This document shows, in pieces, positions 1-10,600 of a DNA stretch of 64,000 nucleotides. A program made the position numbers and the translations under genes. Source of the stretch: Candidatus Latescibacterota bacterium (GTDB lineage: Bacteria > Latescibacterota > UBA2968). Numbering within the stretch: position 1 is the first letter of the stretch; each line of letters opens with the position of its first letter. The notes below the pieces were generated by a model that saw only the letters and a list, made by a program, of their open reading frames with translations, had not been told where the DNA came from and did no database searches. The DNA lies in contig OZ240241.1 in assembly GCA_965198115.1 (NCBI GenBank), positions 8,032,001 to 8,096,000 on the forward strand, given 5' to 3'.

Positions 1-1013
1 TCCTGTCTGGGATCGTCCGGGGGATCGGCAGTCGCGGTGTCCGCATCGATGGTGCCGCTGGCGAGTGGATCGGATACCGGTGGGAGCATCCGTGGACCGG
101 CCGCGGCAAACGGTATCTGTGGCATGCGGCCGTCGCCGGGGGTGGTTCCGCACGACGACCACATCCACGCGTTCAACCCCACGAGCATTCGCGGACCCAT
201 GGCACGGACAGTGGCAGATACCCAGCTTTTTCTGGCCGGGATGGTGAGCGATGGGCCCGATCCGTTCGATCACGACGTGACCTCGGACGACATCCTGAAG
301 GTACGTCCGGCCGACCTCGGATCCCTGCGCGTGGCGGTTTCGTCGGACCTCGGTTTCGTCGACGTCCATCCGGAGATGCGGGCCACCTTCAAGGCCAAGA
401 TCGAGCGGATCGAAGGGCTGTTCGGCAAGGTGACGCAATGCGACCCGCCGCTCGGTGAAATCAACCGCGCCTACTGGACACTGAGGCCCATGAAATTCCT
501 TCCCGACCTCGGCGAGATGCACAAGCGGGACCCATCGAGCACGACAGAGTACAAGCGCGTCGATCTCCGCCACGCGTTCGCATCGAGCGTCGAGGACATC
601 GCCTGGGCGCAGGCCGAACAGACCCGCGTGTTCGCCCGGCTGCGCGACTTCTTTCAGGATTACGACTTGTTGATCGTGCCGGGTCATCAGAACCCACTGC
701 CGTCGATCGCCGAGATCGACGCCCGGGAGGAGGCGATGGCGGAGGAAACGACCGGTTTGGCTACGATGATTGCGACTTTTCCGCGGACGAAGGACGTGCG
801 GCGATCAACGGGTCGTTCACGCTGACGGGCACGCCCGTCCTGACCGTGACCGCAGGCACCGACGCCGCCGGTCTGCCGTTCGGGCTCAATCTTGTCGGCG
901 CGTACAGGAGCGATCTCGATCTGCTTTCGTTTGGGCTCGCGCTCGAGGAACGGACCTCGGACGACCCGGAACTCAGGCGTCGCCTGCCTGACCTGGCGGC
1001 AGTGAGCGCGTAG
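1..1013 (+). pseudogene. Amidase-signature family protein, 5'-truncated by window edge, frameshift near 750-760
   Basis: Frame 1 has [10 protein letters not shown]...[12 protein letters not shown] (amidase signature). The C-terminal part ([15 protein letters not shown]...GLPFGLNLVG) continues in frame 3 to TAG 1011-1013. Confidence 0.8.
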
Positions 1014-1047
1014 CGATGTCAGCTGTAGGGTACGGGATCTAAAAAGG

Positions 1048-2467
1048 GGCTCTATCCGGGTTTCTCAACGGTGAAACTATAGAATGACAAGGTCATAGAT
1101 CGTTCCCTACGCTTGGTTGTGTGTGTAGGACAATCAAAGCGAAGGGGGTGCGACCTATGACCGGGAGCAGATTACTATCGAAACTGCTGAGATTCAAGGG
1201 GTTCCGTGTTGTCAGCTGGTGGTTTGAGGGGAGAAGCTGCTTCGTCATCGCCGTAAAGCCACATAAGAATGGTTGTTGTTGTCCGGAGTGCGGCCGTCGA
1301 GGTAAAATCGTCCGCACAATGCCCCATCCGCGTCGGTGGCGTGACATTCCGGTGTGCGGGTGGAGGGTCTGGCTTCTCTACCATCCTCGGGAGATTCGGT
1401 GTCCTACCCACGGTCGTGTGGTCGAGGAGATTCCGTGGGCGGAGCGGTTCTCTCGGGTGACGTATCGCTTCGAGTATGCCATGCTGCGCTACTGCCAGAC
1501 CATGACGCAGAAGGCGGCGTCCGAGTTACTGCGCATCTCTGCCTCGACGCTGTCGGATCTCCGTCACCGATCCATCACGCGGCTTCGTGAAGGTCATCGT
1601 ATCCGAGGGCTCAAAACCATCGGGATCGACGAGATCTCCTACGCCAAGCGTCACAGGTACGCCACGCTCGTTTACGATCTGGACCGCTCCTGCGTGGTGT
1701 GGGTTGGCCGCGGCAGGGCGCGTAAAACGATCGATCGGTTCTTCACAGAGGCTCTCAGTCCCTACCAGAGATCCAAGATCGAGTGGGCCTGCTGCGACAT
1801 GAGCGAAGCTTACATCGGAGCCATCCAGGAACACTGTCCGAATGCCAAGCTGGTCCTCGATCGCTTTCACATCGTCAAGGCTCTCAATGCCGCCGTTGAC
1901 GAGGTCCGTAAGGACCAGTGGCGTAAAGCTGCCCCGGATGAGCGCAAAGCCATGAAGGGCCTCCGATGGCTCCTCTACCGGCACTCAGCGACACGCTCCA
2001 GAGGGGATACTCGGACACTCAAAGCACTGGAGAAGGCGAACTACCGAATCTATAGAGCCTGGAGACTCAAGGACGAGTTCGAGCAGTTCTGGGAATACAA
2101 AGCGCCCTGGGCTGCCGAACGCTTCCTGAAATGCTGGACGACGTCCGCACTCAGAAGTCGACGTGAACCCCTGCGAAAGTTCGTCAGGACCCTGCGACAG
2201 CACTTCTTCGGCGTCCTCGCATTCGTGAACACGCGTCTTACCAACGCCATCGCCGAAGGCCTCAACCGAATCGTCCAAATCGTCAAGAACCGAGCCAGCG
2301 GATTCCGCACACTCGACGCATTCAACGATATGATCTTCCTTACCGTCGGAGACATAAACATCCCTGAGCAGATTCCGAAGAGGTTCCGCACACTCTAACC
2401 GCGCCCCCATGCCAGGAACCACGGCACCTTCACCCACTTCAGCTCGTTGAGAGATCCGGATATAGCC
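1048..2467 (+). mobile_element. ISL3-family insertion sequence, copy 1
   Basis: Imperfect TIRs GGCTCTATCCGGGTTTCTCAACG / GGCTATATCCGGATCTCTCAACG; 8-bp TSD TAAAAAGG at 1040-1047 and 2468-2475. Confidence 0.95.
1121..2398 (+). CDS. ISL3 transposase (start may be ATG 1157)
   Basis: CPECG zinc finger, IGIDE, CCDMS, DRFH and TNAIAEGLN motifs. Confidence 0.95.
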   Translation: MCRTIKAKGVRPMTGSRLLSKLLRFKGFRVVSWWFEGRSCFVIAVKPHKNGCCCPECGRRGKIVRTMPHPRRWRDIPVCGWRVWLLYHPREIRCPTHGRVVEEIPWAERFSRVTYRFEYAMLRYCQTMTQKAASELLRISASTLSDLRHRSITRLREGHRIRGLKTIGIDEISYAKRHRYATLVYDLDRSCVVWVGRGRARKTIDRFFTEALSPYQRSKIEWACCDMSEAYIGAIQEHCPNAKLVLDRFHIVKALNAAVDEVRKDQWRKAAPDERKAMKGLRWLLYRHSATRSRGDTRTLKALEKANYRIYRAWRLKDEFEQFWEYKAPWAAERFLKCWTTSALRSRREPLRKFVRTLRQHFFGVLAFVNTRLTNAIAEGLNRIVQIVKNRASGFRTLDAFNDMIFLTVGDINIPEQIPKRFRTL

Positions 2468-2483
2468 TAAAAAGGAGAACCGT

Positions 2484-3038
2484 ATGACCAAGTTCTATCT
2501 GAAGAGTGCTGTTGTGGCCGCCATCATCGCTTTTGTTTGGGGGATGGTTTCGTGGATGGTGTTGCCCTAGCATTTAAACACGATGAAGGGCTTCGAGGAC
2601 GAAGAGGGCGCTCGCACAGCTTTTCGCTCGATGGCGACGCACGGTGATGGTGTCTACGTGATACCAAATCCGAGTATGGCGACGGATGAAGAAGCGCAGG
2701 CAGCGCACGCCAAGAAGCTACAGGAGGGGCCCTACGTTTTCATGAACGTCGCCGTCCACGGCATGAAGGGCGCTATGGGTCCACTGATGGGAATCGGATT
2801 CATTGCGAATCTGCTGGCTGCCATCGCTTTTACCTGGCTCCTGACTGTCACCTCGGGATTGTCCTATTGGGGAAAGGTCGCCTTCGTCACGATTGGTGCG
2901 ACGGCTGGTGGATTCCTCGCTCTGTTTCCTTACTACAACTGGTGGAGCTTCCCCGGCGATTTCATTTTCATCGGCATCCTGGACATCACGATCGCGTGGT
3001 TCCTGGGTGGATTGTGGCTGGCCAAGGTTTCGGAGTGA
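2484..3038 (+). pseudogene. Four-TM membrane protein with in-frame TAG at 2568-2570
   Basis: RBS AAGGAG, then ATG 2484 MTKFYLKSAVVAAIIAFVWGMVSWMVLP*HLNT, in frame with the 2583-3038 hydrophobic ORF. Confidence 0.7.
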
Positions 3039-3054
3039 GAGCCCTCCCAATCAC

Positions 3055-3852
3055 ATGAAGATATCCTTTTGCATGATGGGGTTCGGGTATACCCGGGAGA
3101 TCGCGGAACGATGCATCTCGCTGGCTGGCGAACTCGGCTACGACGGCATCGAGTTCTGGAAGCAATACCTGGATGACGCCGACCTCGAGTGGACCCGTCG
3201 AGCCACGGAAGAGCAGGGCCTCCAGATCGTCCAGGTCTGCCCGTATTTCGACTTTACGACGAGTTCTGATACGTACGAAGAGACTCTGCGTGAAGCCGAG
3301 CGTTTCATCGACTATGCTCGCAAGCTCGGCGCACCGTTCGTTCGGACCTATACAGGTAAAACGCCGAGCGCCGACGCCACGGACAAGATGTGGGATCGTT
3401 GTGTCGAGGGGCTGAGGGTGGTGTGCGACACAGGAGCGCAGCACGGGGTGACGTTCTTGCTGGAGACGCACCAGGTGATTCACGGCGGGCCCTGTCTGAC
3501 TGACACCAGCGCCAACACGCTGCGGCTGATGGAGCGCGTAGACCGGCCCAACTTACGGGTGGCGCTGCAGACGCCGCTGGTCGGCGAGTCGCCGTACGAG
3601 AGTGCGGAGCGCCTAGGAAGCGTGACGGAGCAGGTGCAAGCACACAACTGGACTGGCGCTACTGAATCGACGTGGGGGACGCTCCAGTATCTGGACTCCG
3701 GCGACCTGGACTTTTCCGAATACGTGCGCGTGCTGCGTGGGAAGGGTTTTGACGGCTGGATCTCGATCGACCATCCGAACCACCATCCCTGGGAGCAGAC
3801 CGCCGCTCACGAAATCGCTTATCTGCGACGACTCATAGCGGAGCTGGCGTAG
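3055..3852 (+). CDS. Sugar-phosphate isomerase/epimerase (xylose-isomerase-like TIM barrel)
   Basis: LGYDGIEF, LLETH, QAHN and GFDGWISID motifs; ATG 3055 follows the upstream stop. Confidence 0.85.
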   Translation: MKISFCMMGFGYTREIAERCISLAGELGYDGIEFWKQYLDDADLEWTRRATEEQGLQIVQVCPYFDFTTSSDTYEETLREAERFIDYARKLGAPFVRTYTGKTPSADATDKMWDRCVEGLRVVCDTGAQHGVTFLLETHQVIHGGPCLTDTSANTLRLMERVDRPNLRVALQTPLVGESPYESAERLGSVTEQVQAHNWTGATESTWGTLQYLDSGDLDFSEYVRVLRGKGFDGWISIDHPNHHPWEQTAAHEIAYLRRLIAELA

Positions 3853-3873
3853 GGCAAACAAACCGAGGAAATC

Positions 3874-6573
3874 ATGAGCGAAACGTCCTGGGTGCACAGC
3901 GGTTTCGAGGCGTTTTCCGAAGGACACTTCGAAGACGGAGGCAGCAACCTCTACGTCAACGTCAAAGGGATCATCGAGACAATCCACCGGACCGACGTCG
4001 ACAATGACGGCTATGTCGACATCGTTCTGCCGAACGCTCAGGGCTACAACGAGCGGGGGCCGACGTGGATCTATAAACCTGGTTCTGGTGACGGCTCGGA
4101 CTGGGAACGGCGAGAGCTGCCGACCGACAGCGGGGATATGTGCCGTATCCTCGACCTCGACGGCGACGGGTGCGAGGACCTGATCATCGTCAACTCGACG
4201 AACGGTGTATCGTGCGAGCTGCTCTGCCACATCTACTGGGGTGGTCCGAACGGGCTGACGGGCGAACGAACCGACCTGCCGACGGTCGGCGCCTACGATG
4301 TCACCGCCGTAGACGTCAACGGGGACGGGCGCCTGGACCTGGTCTTTCCTTCGGCCTGGGTCGACCATCACAACCCGGGGCGTCCCTTGCCGCTTCACAT
4401 CTATCTGCAGGGCCCCGACCGGCAGTTCGAAGACGCAGGCGCAGAGTACGGCCTTACCGGCATCGGCGCCCGTTCGGTGGCAGCGGCCGATCTGAATGGC
4501 GACGGGCATCTGGACCTGGTGGTGGCCAACTATCGCCACGAATTCGAATACAAGATCGAATCCTACATTTACTGGGGCACGGAGAAGGGTTTCGACACGA
4601 CGCCCCAGGGGCTTCCGACCGATACGGCGACGCACGTCTTCCTGGCCGACTACAATGGTGACGGTCTGCCCGAGGTCGTGTTCTGCGGCAACAACAAGGT
4701 GCAGATCTACTGGAACGACGAGGGCACGTTCAGTCGGGACAACGTGGTAGTCGTCGAGACGGAAGGGCTCAGCGGGGAGTTCCATTACGGCGCGCTCTTC
4801 GCTACGGCGGGGGACGTCGACGGCGACGGCCGGGACGAGCTGATCGTCGCCACGATGCGGGGCATTGAAATTCGGTCCGCAGATGACCTGATGGAGGTGC
4901 AGCAGTTCCTGCCCCTGAAGTTTGCGCACTGGGCCCACGTGGCGGATTTGGATGGCGATGGCCGGCCTGAGCTGATCGCCAGTAAGTACCAGGAGGACGA
5001 GACCTTCAACACGCGCTCGGCGATCTTCTGGAACGGGCCGGACGGATACTCGCCCGATCGCTGTAGCTGGGTGGACACGATGGGGGCAGAGGGCGTCACG
5101 GCAGGCGACCTCGACGGTGATGGCAAGCCCGTGATCGTATTCTGCAACACATTTACCGGCCACGCCAAGACCAGTCCGACGCTCCCCTCATACATCTACT
5201 TCGGCGGGTCCGAAGCGGACTACGGGGTGCACCGACGCCAGGAGCTGCCGGTGGGTGGTGAGTGCGGTGATTGCGCCATTGCCGACTTCGACCTCGACGG
5301 ATGGAACGACCTGGCCTTCGGCAAGATGACAGGGGTACGCGTTTTCCCCGGCGGCCCCGACGGGTTCAACCCGGACAGGCACTACGATCTGCCGTGTTTC
5401 CTGCCGTGCGTGCAGGTGGCCGACTTCAACAGAGACGGCTACCTGGATATTCTGGCGCTCAGCCATACGTACGACGAAAAGCCGGAGACGTTCGCTAACT
5501 CTTCGCGCATTTTCTGGGGCTCGGCAGAAGGTTTCAGCCCGGACCGCTGCGACATCTTCCCGACCTACTGCGGTGCCACAGGCTACCTGGCCGACCTCAC
5601 GCGCAACGGTTACCTGGATGTGATGGTCGGAGACAAGCGCGGTTACGTTCTGATCTACCTTGGTGGGCCTGAGGGTTATTCGATCGAGCGGACCGAGCGT
5701 ATTCCCATGTGGAAAGATTGGCAGGGAAGCGTCAACACCGCAGCGGATCTCAACGGTAACGGCTGGCTGGACCTGGTGGTTTCTAGTGCCGGGCATTATC
5801 ACCGGCAGCCGGATACCCTGACGATTTTCTACGGCGGTCCCGACGGCTACAGCTGGGACAACGCCCAGGATTACAAGGGCGGGTTTTCGCCCGGGCAGAT
5901 GTCCGTCGCCGACCTGAACAACAATGGTCTGCTCGACCTGATCGTCCCGGCCTACTCGAGCAGCATGACGCGGGTCGTGCCTATCCAGATTTTCTGGAAC
6001 CTGGGGGACCGGTTCGACCTGGAGCACCCACTCGAGCTTCACGCCGACGCTGGATTTGAGGCCCTGCCGATCGATCTCAACCGCAACGGCTGGACCGACC
6101 TGTTCGTGGCGTGCCACCGCAACGACATTGGTCACGTTGTGGATTCGCAGATTTTCTGGAACGGCCCGGAAGGGATTTCGAACGATCGTACGACGCCATT
6201 ACCTGGCATGGGACCGCACAGGCTGAACGTACGGCTGCCTGGAAACGCCTACACGCGGGAGCCGATGGAACGCTATACCTCACCGGCGCACGGGACGGGT
6301 GGGCGCCATCCGTGCCGAATCTGCTGGGAGGCTGAGGTGCCAGTGACGACGAACCTGCAGTTCGAGCTGCGCTGCGCTGTTGATGAACAGGCGTTGGAGG
6401 AGGCACCGTGGATGGGCCCTGGGGGTGGCGGGACGATGTTCGAGGAATCGGGCGCTTCGATTCCGGAATTATGGTCCTCGACCCGTTGCGTGCAGTACCG
6501 CGCGACGTTCACCTCCCTCTACGGCTGCCGTTCGCCGCGGTTGAGCCAGGTTCGAATCGATTTCACGGACTGA
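3874..6573 (+). CDS. FG-GAP/VCBS repeat protein (14 DxD/NxD/NG repeats), no signal peptide
   Basis: Repeated DLDGDG/DLNGDG...D motifs followed by IYWG/IFWN; RBS GAGG. Confidence 0.9.
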   Translation: MSETSWVHSGFEAFSEGHFEDGGSNLYVNVKGIIETIHRTDVDNDGYVDIVLPNAQGYNERGPTWIYKPGSGDGSDWERRELPTDSGDMCRILDLDGDGCEDLIIVNSTNGVSCELLCHIYWGGPNGLTGERTDLPTVGAYDVTAVDVNGDGRLDLVFPSAWVDHHNPGRPLPLHIYLQGPDRQFEDAGAEYGLTGIGARSVAAADLNGDGHLDLVVANYRHEFEYKIESYIYWGTEKGFDTTPQGLPTDTATHVFLADYNGDGLPEVVFCGNNKVQIYWNDEGTFSRDNVVVVETEGLSGEFHYGALFATAGDVDGDGRDELIVATMRGIEIRSADDLMEVQQFLPLKFAHWAHVADLDGDGRPELIASKYQEDETFNTRSAIFWNGPDGYSPDRCSWVDTMGAEGVTAGDLDGDGKPVIVFCNTFTGHAKTSPTLPSYIYFGGSEADYGVHRRQELPVGGECGDCAIADFDLDGWNDLAFGKMTGVRVFPGGPDGFNPDRHYDLPCFLPCVQVADFNRDGYLDILALSHTYDEKPETFANSSRIFWGSAEGFSPDRCDIFPTYCGATGYLADLTRNGYLDVMVGDKRGYVLIYLGGPEGYSIERTERIPMWKDWQGSVNTAADLNGNGWLDLVVSSAGHYHRQPDTLTIFYGGPDGYSWDNAQDYKGGFSPGQMSVADLNNNGLLDLIVPAYSSSMTRVVPIQIFWNLGDRFDLEHPLELHADAGFEALPIDLNRNGWTDLFVACHRNDIGHVVDSQIFWNGPEGISNDRTTPLPGMGPHRLNVRLPGNAYTREPMERYTSPAHGTGGRHPCRICWEAEVPVTTNLQFELRCAVDEQALEEAPWMGPGGGGTMFEESGASIPELWSSTRCVQYRATFTSLYGCRSPRLSQVRIDFTD

Positions 6574-6597
6574 ACTGTCGTCTCTCGGAGGGGAATC

Positions 6598-7842
6598 TTG
6601 AGTCGCTTGTACTACAACGAAGAAGGTCGCGTAATTCCCACGCTCTGCGAGGAGCTGACCGTGTTTCGGCGTGCACGGAAAACGCTCGAGCTGCAAGAGA
6701 CTGCCGTGAAGGCGACCGTGTATCTGCTCGTGCGATGCTATCCTGAGAACGAGACGCCGCTTCACCTTTCCGTTAATGGTGTAGAGCTGGATCCTGTCAG
6801 CCCGGATGGCTCCGGGGCGTACAAGTGGCACGCCATCGAGGTCGAGGCGGATCGATTGCGGGGAGGGAAGAACACCTTCGAGTTGTGGGCAGAAACAACA
6901 GCTATGGAGGGTTGGTCGCTCGCGCTCGAGGCCGGACACGCGCAGCCTCACAGCGCCGTAAGCGACGACGGAGGGAACACCTGGCGAGGCGAGCGGATGG
7001 GATACCTGAACGCCGTGTTGGGCGAGTATGTGATCCGCGTGAGGCTAGACGAGGGGGATGACCCTGAGCCTCCGCCGATGATCTGGGAGACCGGAAGCGA
7101 GAGGCTGGGGTCGCTGAAGAAGCTGGTGCCGCCGGCAGCACGTGACGAAGGCCCTACGCTCAGACGGGCACGCGTCCTGTTCTCGTGGTTGTCCTCCACC
7201 TGGGAGCATACGGGCTCATTGCGCGCGTCCACGTATGGACCGTGGGACGCAGAGACGCTGTTGGGCTGGGGGCCTAAGCAAGTCGGGCACAATGGGAAGC
7301 GGCCCGTCGTGATGTGTGTTCACTATGCGGCCGCGTTCGTCAGTGCCGCTCAGTCCGTCGGAATCCCAGCCCGATGCGCGGTCCTGACTGGGGCGGTGAA
7401 CGGCTCCAACGGTCACTTCGTGACGGAGGTGTGGGAGGAGGAACTAGGAAAGTGGGTTGTCGTGGACCCGAATACGGATGCGCTGTTCGTGAAGGGCGGC
7501 GTTCCCATGTCGATGAACGAGATCCAGGAGGTCGGTTCCGACATCGATCAGCATATCGAGTACGGTCCCGGGTCCGAATTCCAGAACACGTTCCCGCACA
7601 TGGTAGAATGGCAAAAGGAAAACCTGGAGCAGGGCGTCTGCTTCGGTCACCGGAGTGTCTGGTTTCGTTCCGATCTGCTGGGGCATCCGGAACACAACCC
7701 TCCGGGGCACGGGTCGATCAGCTATTGCGAAACAGGGTTGGTCTGGGAAAAGAGGGATCTGGACGCCGGCTTCGGGATGTTTCCGTACTTCGGCGACAAG
7801 AACTACTTCGACGCACCGCCGGTCAGGCTAGAGAATCACTGA
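6598..7842 (+). CDS. Transglutaminase-like domain protein
   Basis: MCVHYAAAF...GIPAR...GHFVTEVW...WVVVDP gives the Cys-His-Asp triad pattern; RBS GGAGG and TTG start. Confidence 0.85.
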   Translation: MSRLYYNEEGRVIPTLCEELTVFRRARKTLELQETAVKATVYLLVRCYPENETPLHLSVNGVELDPVSPDGSGAYKWHAIEVEADRLRGGKNTFELWAETTAMEGWSLALEAGHAQPHSAVSDDGGNTWRGERMGYLNAVLGEYVIRVRLDEGDDPEPPPMIWETGSERLGSLKKLVPPAARDEGPTLRRARVLFSWLSSTWEHTGSLRASTYGPWDAETLLGWGPKQVGHNGKRPVVMCVHYAAAFVSAAQSVGIPARCAVLTGAVNGSNGHFVTEVWEEELGKWVVVDPNTDALFVKGGVPMSMNEIQEVGSDIDQHIEYGPGSEFQNTFPHMVEWQKENLEQGVCFGHRSVWFRSDLLGHPEHNPPGHGSISYCETGLVWEKRDLDAGFGMFPYFGDKNYFDAPPVRLENH

Positions 7843-7920
7843 ATATGTGCGAACAGCTCTTTGGGAATGAGAAGCAATCGATGGTGACAAAGACCAATCA
7901 TCTATGTCACAGATCTCTAA

Positions 7921-9435
7921 ATGACTAAAGCGGGCGAGCTAAAGCTTCTCTGGGGGGACATCCACAACCATAACGAACTCGGCTATGGACAGGGGTCACT
8001 GGAGCGAAGCTATCAGATCGCACGGTCCCATCTCGATTTCTACGCGTTCACGCCTCACGCACAGTACGCCGACGGAGGGGCGCCCGACGGCTACCCGATC
8101 GTCAACGAAAACTGGGATGCGATCCAACGAGCGGCCGCGTCCCGCTACGAACCCCGGCGCTTCACAACCTTCCTCGCATACGAGTGGCACTCCGCCCAAT
8201 GGGGCCACGTTCACGTCGTGTATGAAGAAGACAATCGTCCCCTCCATTTCGCTCCGACCCTGACCGATCTCCAGGCCATTCACCGAGACGAACGCTCCAT
8301 CCTCGTTCCCCATCACATCGCGTACAACCGGGGCGTCGACTGGGACCTGTTCGACGCCGAGCTTTCGCCGATCGTCGAGATTTTCTCGGAACACGGGAGC
8401 TCGGAACGGGACGGCGGACTCCATCCCATGCTCGGGCACAGCGGAGGGCCCGGCTCCGCACAGTTCACCGCGCAAGGCGGGCTGACGCGTGGTCACCGGT
8501 TCGCGTTCACTGCAGGAACAGACAACCACGATGGCTATCCGGGGGGCTACGGTCTCGGTCTCACAGGTGTGTGGGCGGAGGAAAATACGCGTCACGCTGT
8601 GATGAAGGCGATCCAGACGGGTAAGACGTACGCGGTAACGGGGGATCGGGTCGAGCTGTGGATGACGGCCGACGGTGAGCCTATGGGGTCAACGCTGGAT
8701 CATGGTGATGTGGAGATTTCTTTCGAGGTGACCGGCAGGGACGCCCTGAGCCTGATCGAGCTCGTGCAGGACGGCCGGACGATCGTGTCCTGGGGTCCCG
8801 AAGCGATTCCAGGGTCGACCGATGACGATGGCCTCTACCGGTTCCGCGTGGAGTATGGGTGGGGGCCGATGAAAGGCTACCACGTCTACGACTGGACCGG
8901 ACGCGTCGAGGTCGTTGGCGGGCAGCTGGTCGATGCCGTGCCGTGCTTCGCGTCGGATCCATTCGACGAGCACCGGAGGAAGGAGATCGACTCTTTATCC
9001 GATTCCAGCTGCGATTGGCACTCGCACACCTCGCGAGGGGGCGTGTTCACGACCCGCAACTCGAACAGCGTGGCGAGGGCAAACGACGCGGTGTGCTTCG
9101 AGGTACAGGGGACGCCGAATACCCGCGTCGATCTCGAGATGACCTGTCACGCGGGGAACAGCATTGTCGCGACGAGTGTCGACTGGTCGACGGCAAACCA
9201 CCGGGGAAAGGTCGGCCGTTCTTTCACGATCGGGGAACTGCTCGAGGGACGCGTGGCCCTGCCGATGGGAAAGCCGTCTTCCTGGATCGTGATGCATCGA
9301 GCGTTCCCGACCACGGACTTGAGCTTCAGCACTTCCGTTCAGCTGAAGAACCAACGTGGGAGCTATGTCTATCTACGAACGACGCAGGCGAACGGGCAGA
9401 TGGCGTGGAGCAGTCCTGTCTTCATTGACCGATAA
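7921..9435 (+). CDS. PHP-like metallohydrolase (DUF3604/CehA-McbA-like)
   Basis: WGDIHNH, YEW, GHVHV, PHH, EIFSEHG and GTDNH metal-ligand motifs; C-terminal AWSSPVF. Confidence 0.8.
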   Translation: MTKAGELKLLWGDIHNHNELGYGQGSLERSYQIARSHLDFYAFTPHAQYADGGAPDGYPIVNENWDAIQRAAASRYEPRRFTTFLAYEWHSAQWGHVHVVYEEDNRPLHFAPTLTDLQAIHRDERSILVPHHIAYNRGVDWDLFDAELSPIVEIFSEHGSSERDGGLHPMLGHSGGPGSAQFTAQGGLTRGHRFAFTAGTDNHDGYPGGYGLGLTGVWAEENTRHAVMKAIQTGKTYAVTGDRVELWMTADGEPMGSTLDHGDVEISFEVTGRDALSLIELVQDGRTIVSWGPEAIPGSTDDDGLYRFRVEYGWGPMKGYHVYDWTGRVEVVGGQLVDAVPCFASDPFDEHRRKEIDSLSDSSCDWHSHTSRGGVFTTRNSNSVARANDAVCFEVQGTPNTRVDLEMTCHAGNSIVATSVDWSTANHRGKVGRSFTIGELLEGRVALPMGKPSSWIVMHRAFPTTDLSFSTSVQLKNQRGSYVYLRTTQANGQMAWSSPVFIDR

Positions 9436-9514
9436 ACATCCGGCCGCCCGGCTCCGCATCCTGTTCCTCTCGGCGAGAGGCGCGTCCGTCTACACGCTGC
9501 ATTGAGGTGGTGGG

Positions 9515-10600
9515 TTAGGGCACTTCCGGTGGTCCCTGATAGCCGATGCTGTCCCAACCAGCGACGTCGCCACCGTGCTGTCGGTAGGGGTGAGGCAGAA
9601 TGCGCATTGAACGGTCTTCCAGTGGCAGATGAATCCGTTCGTGGTCACGTTCTGCTGACAGCTTGAGTGCAATCGCAATCTCGAGCGCCTGGCGGTAGTC
9701 GTGGCCGCTGCACTGGGCCTCTTCAGCAGTGTCGAAGGCACGCATCAGACGCTCTACGACGTTGGTGAAGACGTCACCCTCATCGTCGTCGAGAAAGTCC
9801 GGATAGACCGGCGCCGCTTCAGCACCCGTTCCCTGGACGTGAACGGACTGCGGCTGACCGAGCCACACTTGACCATTGTCGCCCGTCACGGAAACCCGAC
9901 AAGCCACCTGGCGTGGCTGCGCAATCTCGCAGACGATGCCGGCAGAAAGCCCCAGGCGTCCGTAGGCGGGACGATCGATGTCGGGGTCCGTGGCGAACTC
10001 TTCCGGCAGCCAGCCGACGGCTGGGGGTAGCGTCCATCCCTCCACCCATTCGACCTCCATCCCAGTCAGCGCCCTTACCATCGTCAACTGTACACACCCG
10101 GCCCCAGAGACCTCGTTCGGTAGACCGCCCGGAATCGCCGCGCCGGTGAGGGTCCCGATGTTGCCCGCCTGAATCCAGGCTGCGGTCTCCAAGAGATGCG
10201 GGACCTCATAGTGTGCGGTTCCACAGCCGAAGGCACTGCCGTGATCGCGACAGACCTGAACGAGTTCATCGGCTTCGGCCAGAGAAACGGCAATCGGCTT
10301 CTCGCAGGAGACTACCTTTACACCCGCCTCGACGCATGTTCGCAGAACTGGCAGTGACTGGCGAACTGGTACGATCGCAGAGACGATATCAGGGATGGTA
10401 TCCGGGAAAAGTTCCTCTACGTCATCATAGATCGTGCTGATACCGTAGCGATCAGCGAATGCCTGCCGGCGGTCCTTCGCTCGATCGACCAGAGCGACGA
10501 TTTCACAGTTGTCGTGTTCCGCATAAGCACGCAGGTAGTGGCGGCCCCACGTCCCTGCCCCGCCGACGACGGCTACGCGGTACATCTGATTCTTCACCAA
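9515..10600 (-). CDS. Gfo/Idh/MocA family oxidoreductase
   Basis: VAVVGGAGTWGRHY Rossmann motif and CEKP motif. Confidence 0.9.
   Translation of the reverse strand: MVKNQMYRVAVVGGAGTWGRHYLRAYAEHDNCEIVALVDRAKDRRQAFADRYGISTIYDDVEELFPDTIPDIVSAIVPVRQSLPVLRTCVEAGVKVVSCEKPIAVSLAEADELVQVCRDHGSAFGCGTAHYEVPHLLETAAWIQAGNIGTLTGAAIPGGLPNEVSGAGCVQLTMVRALTGMEVEWVEGWTLPPAVGWLPEEFATDPDIDRPAYGRLGLSAGIVCEIAQPRQVACRVSVTGDNGQVWLGQPQSVHVQGTGAEAAPVYPDFLDDDEGDVFTNVVERLMRAFDTAEEAQCSGHDYRQALEIAIALKLSAERDHERIHLPLEDRSMRILPHPYRQHGGDVAGWDSIGYQGPPEVP

Noticed and set aside
3613-6135. Long antisense ORFs opposite the FG-GAP gene (also opposite recG, LppC and others)
   Set aside because: Shadow ORFs typical of high-GC coding strands, with no motifs.
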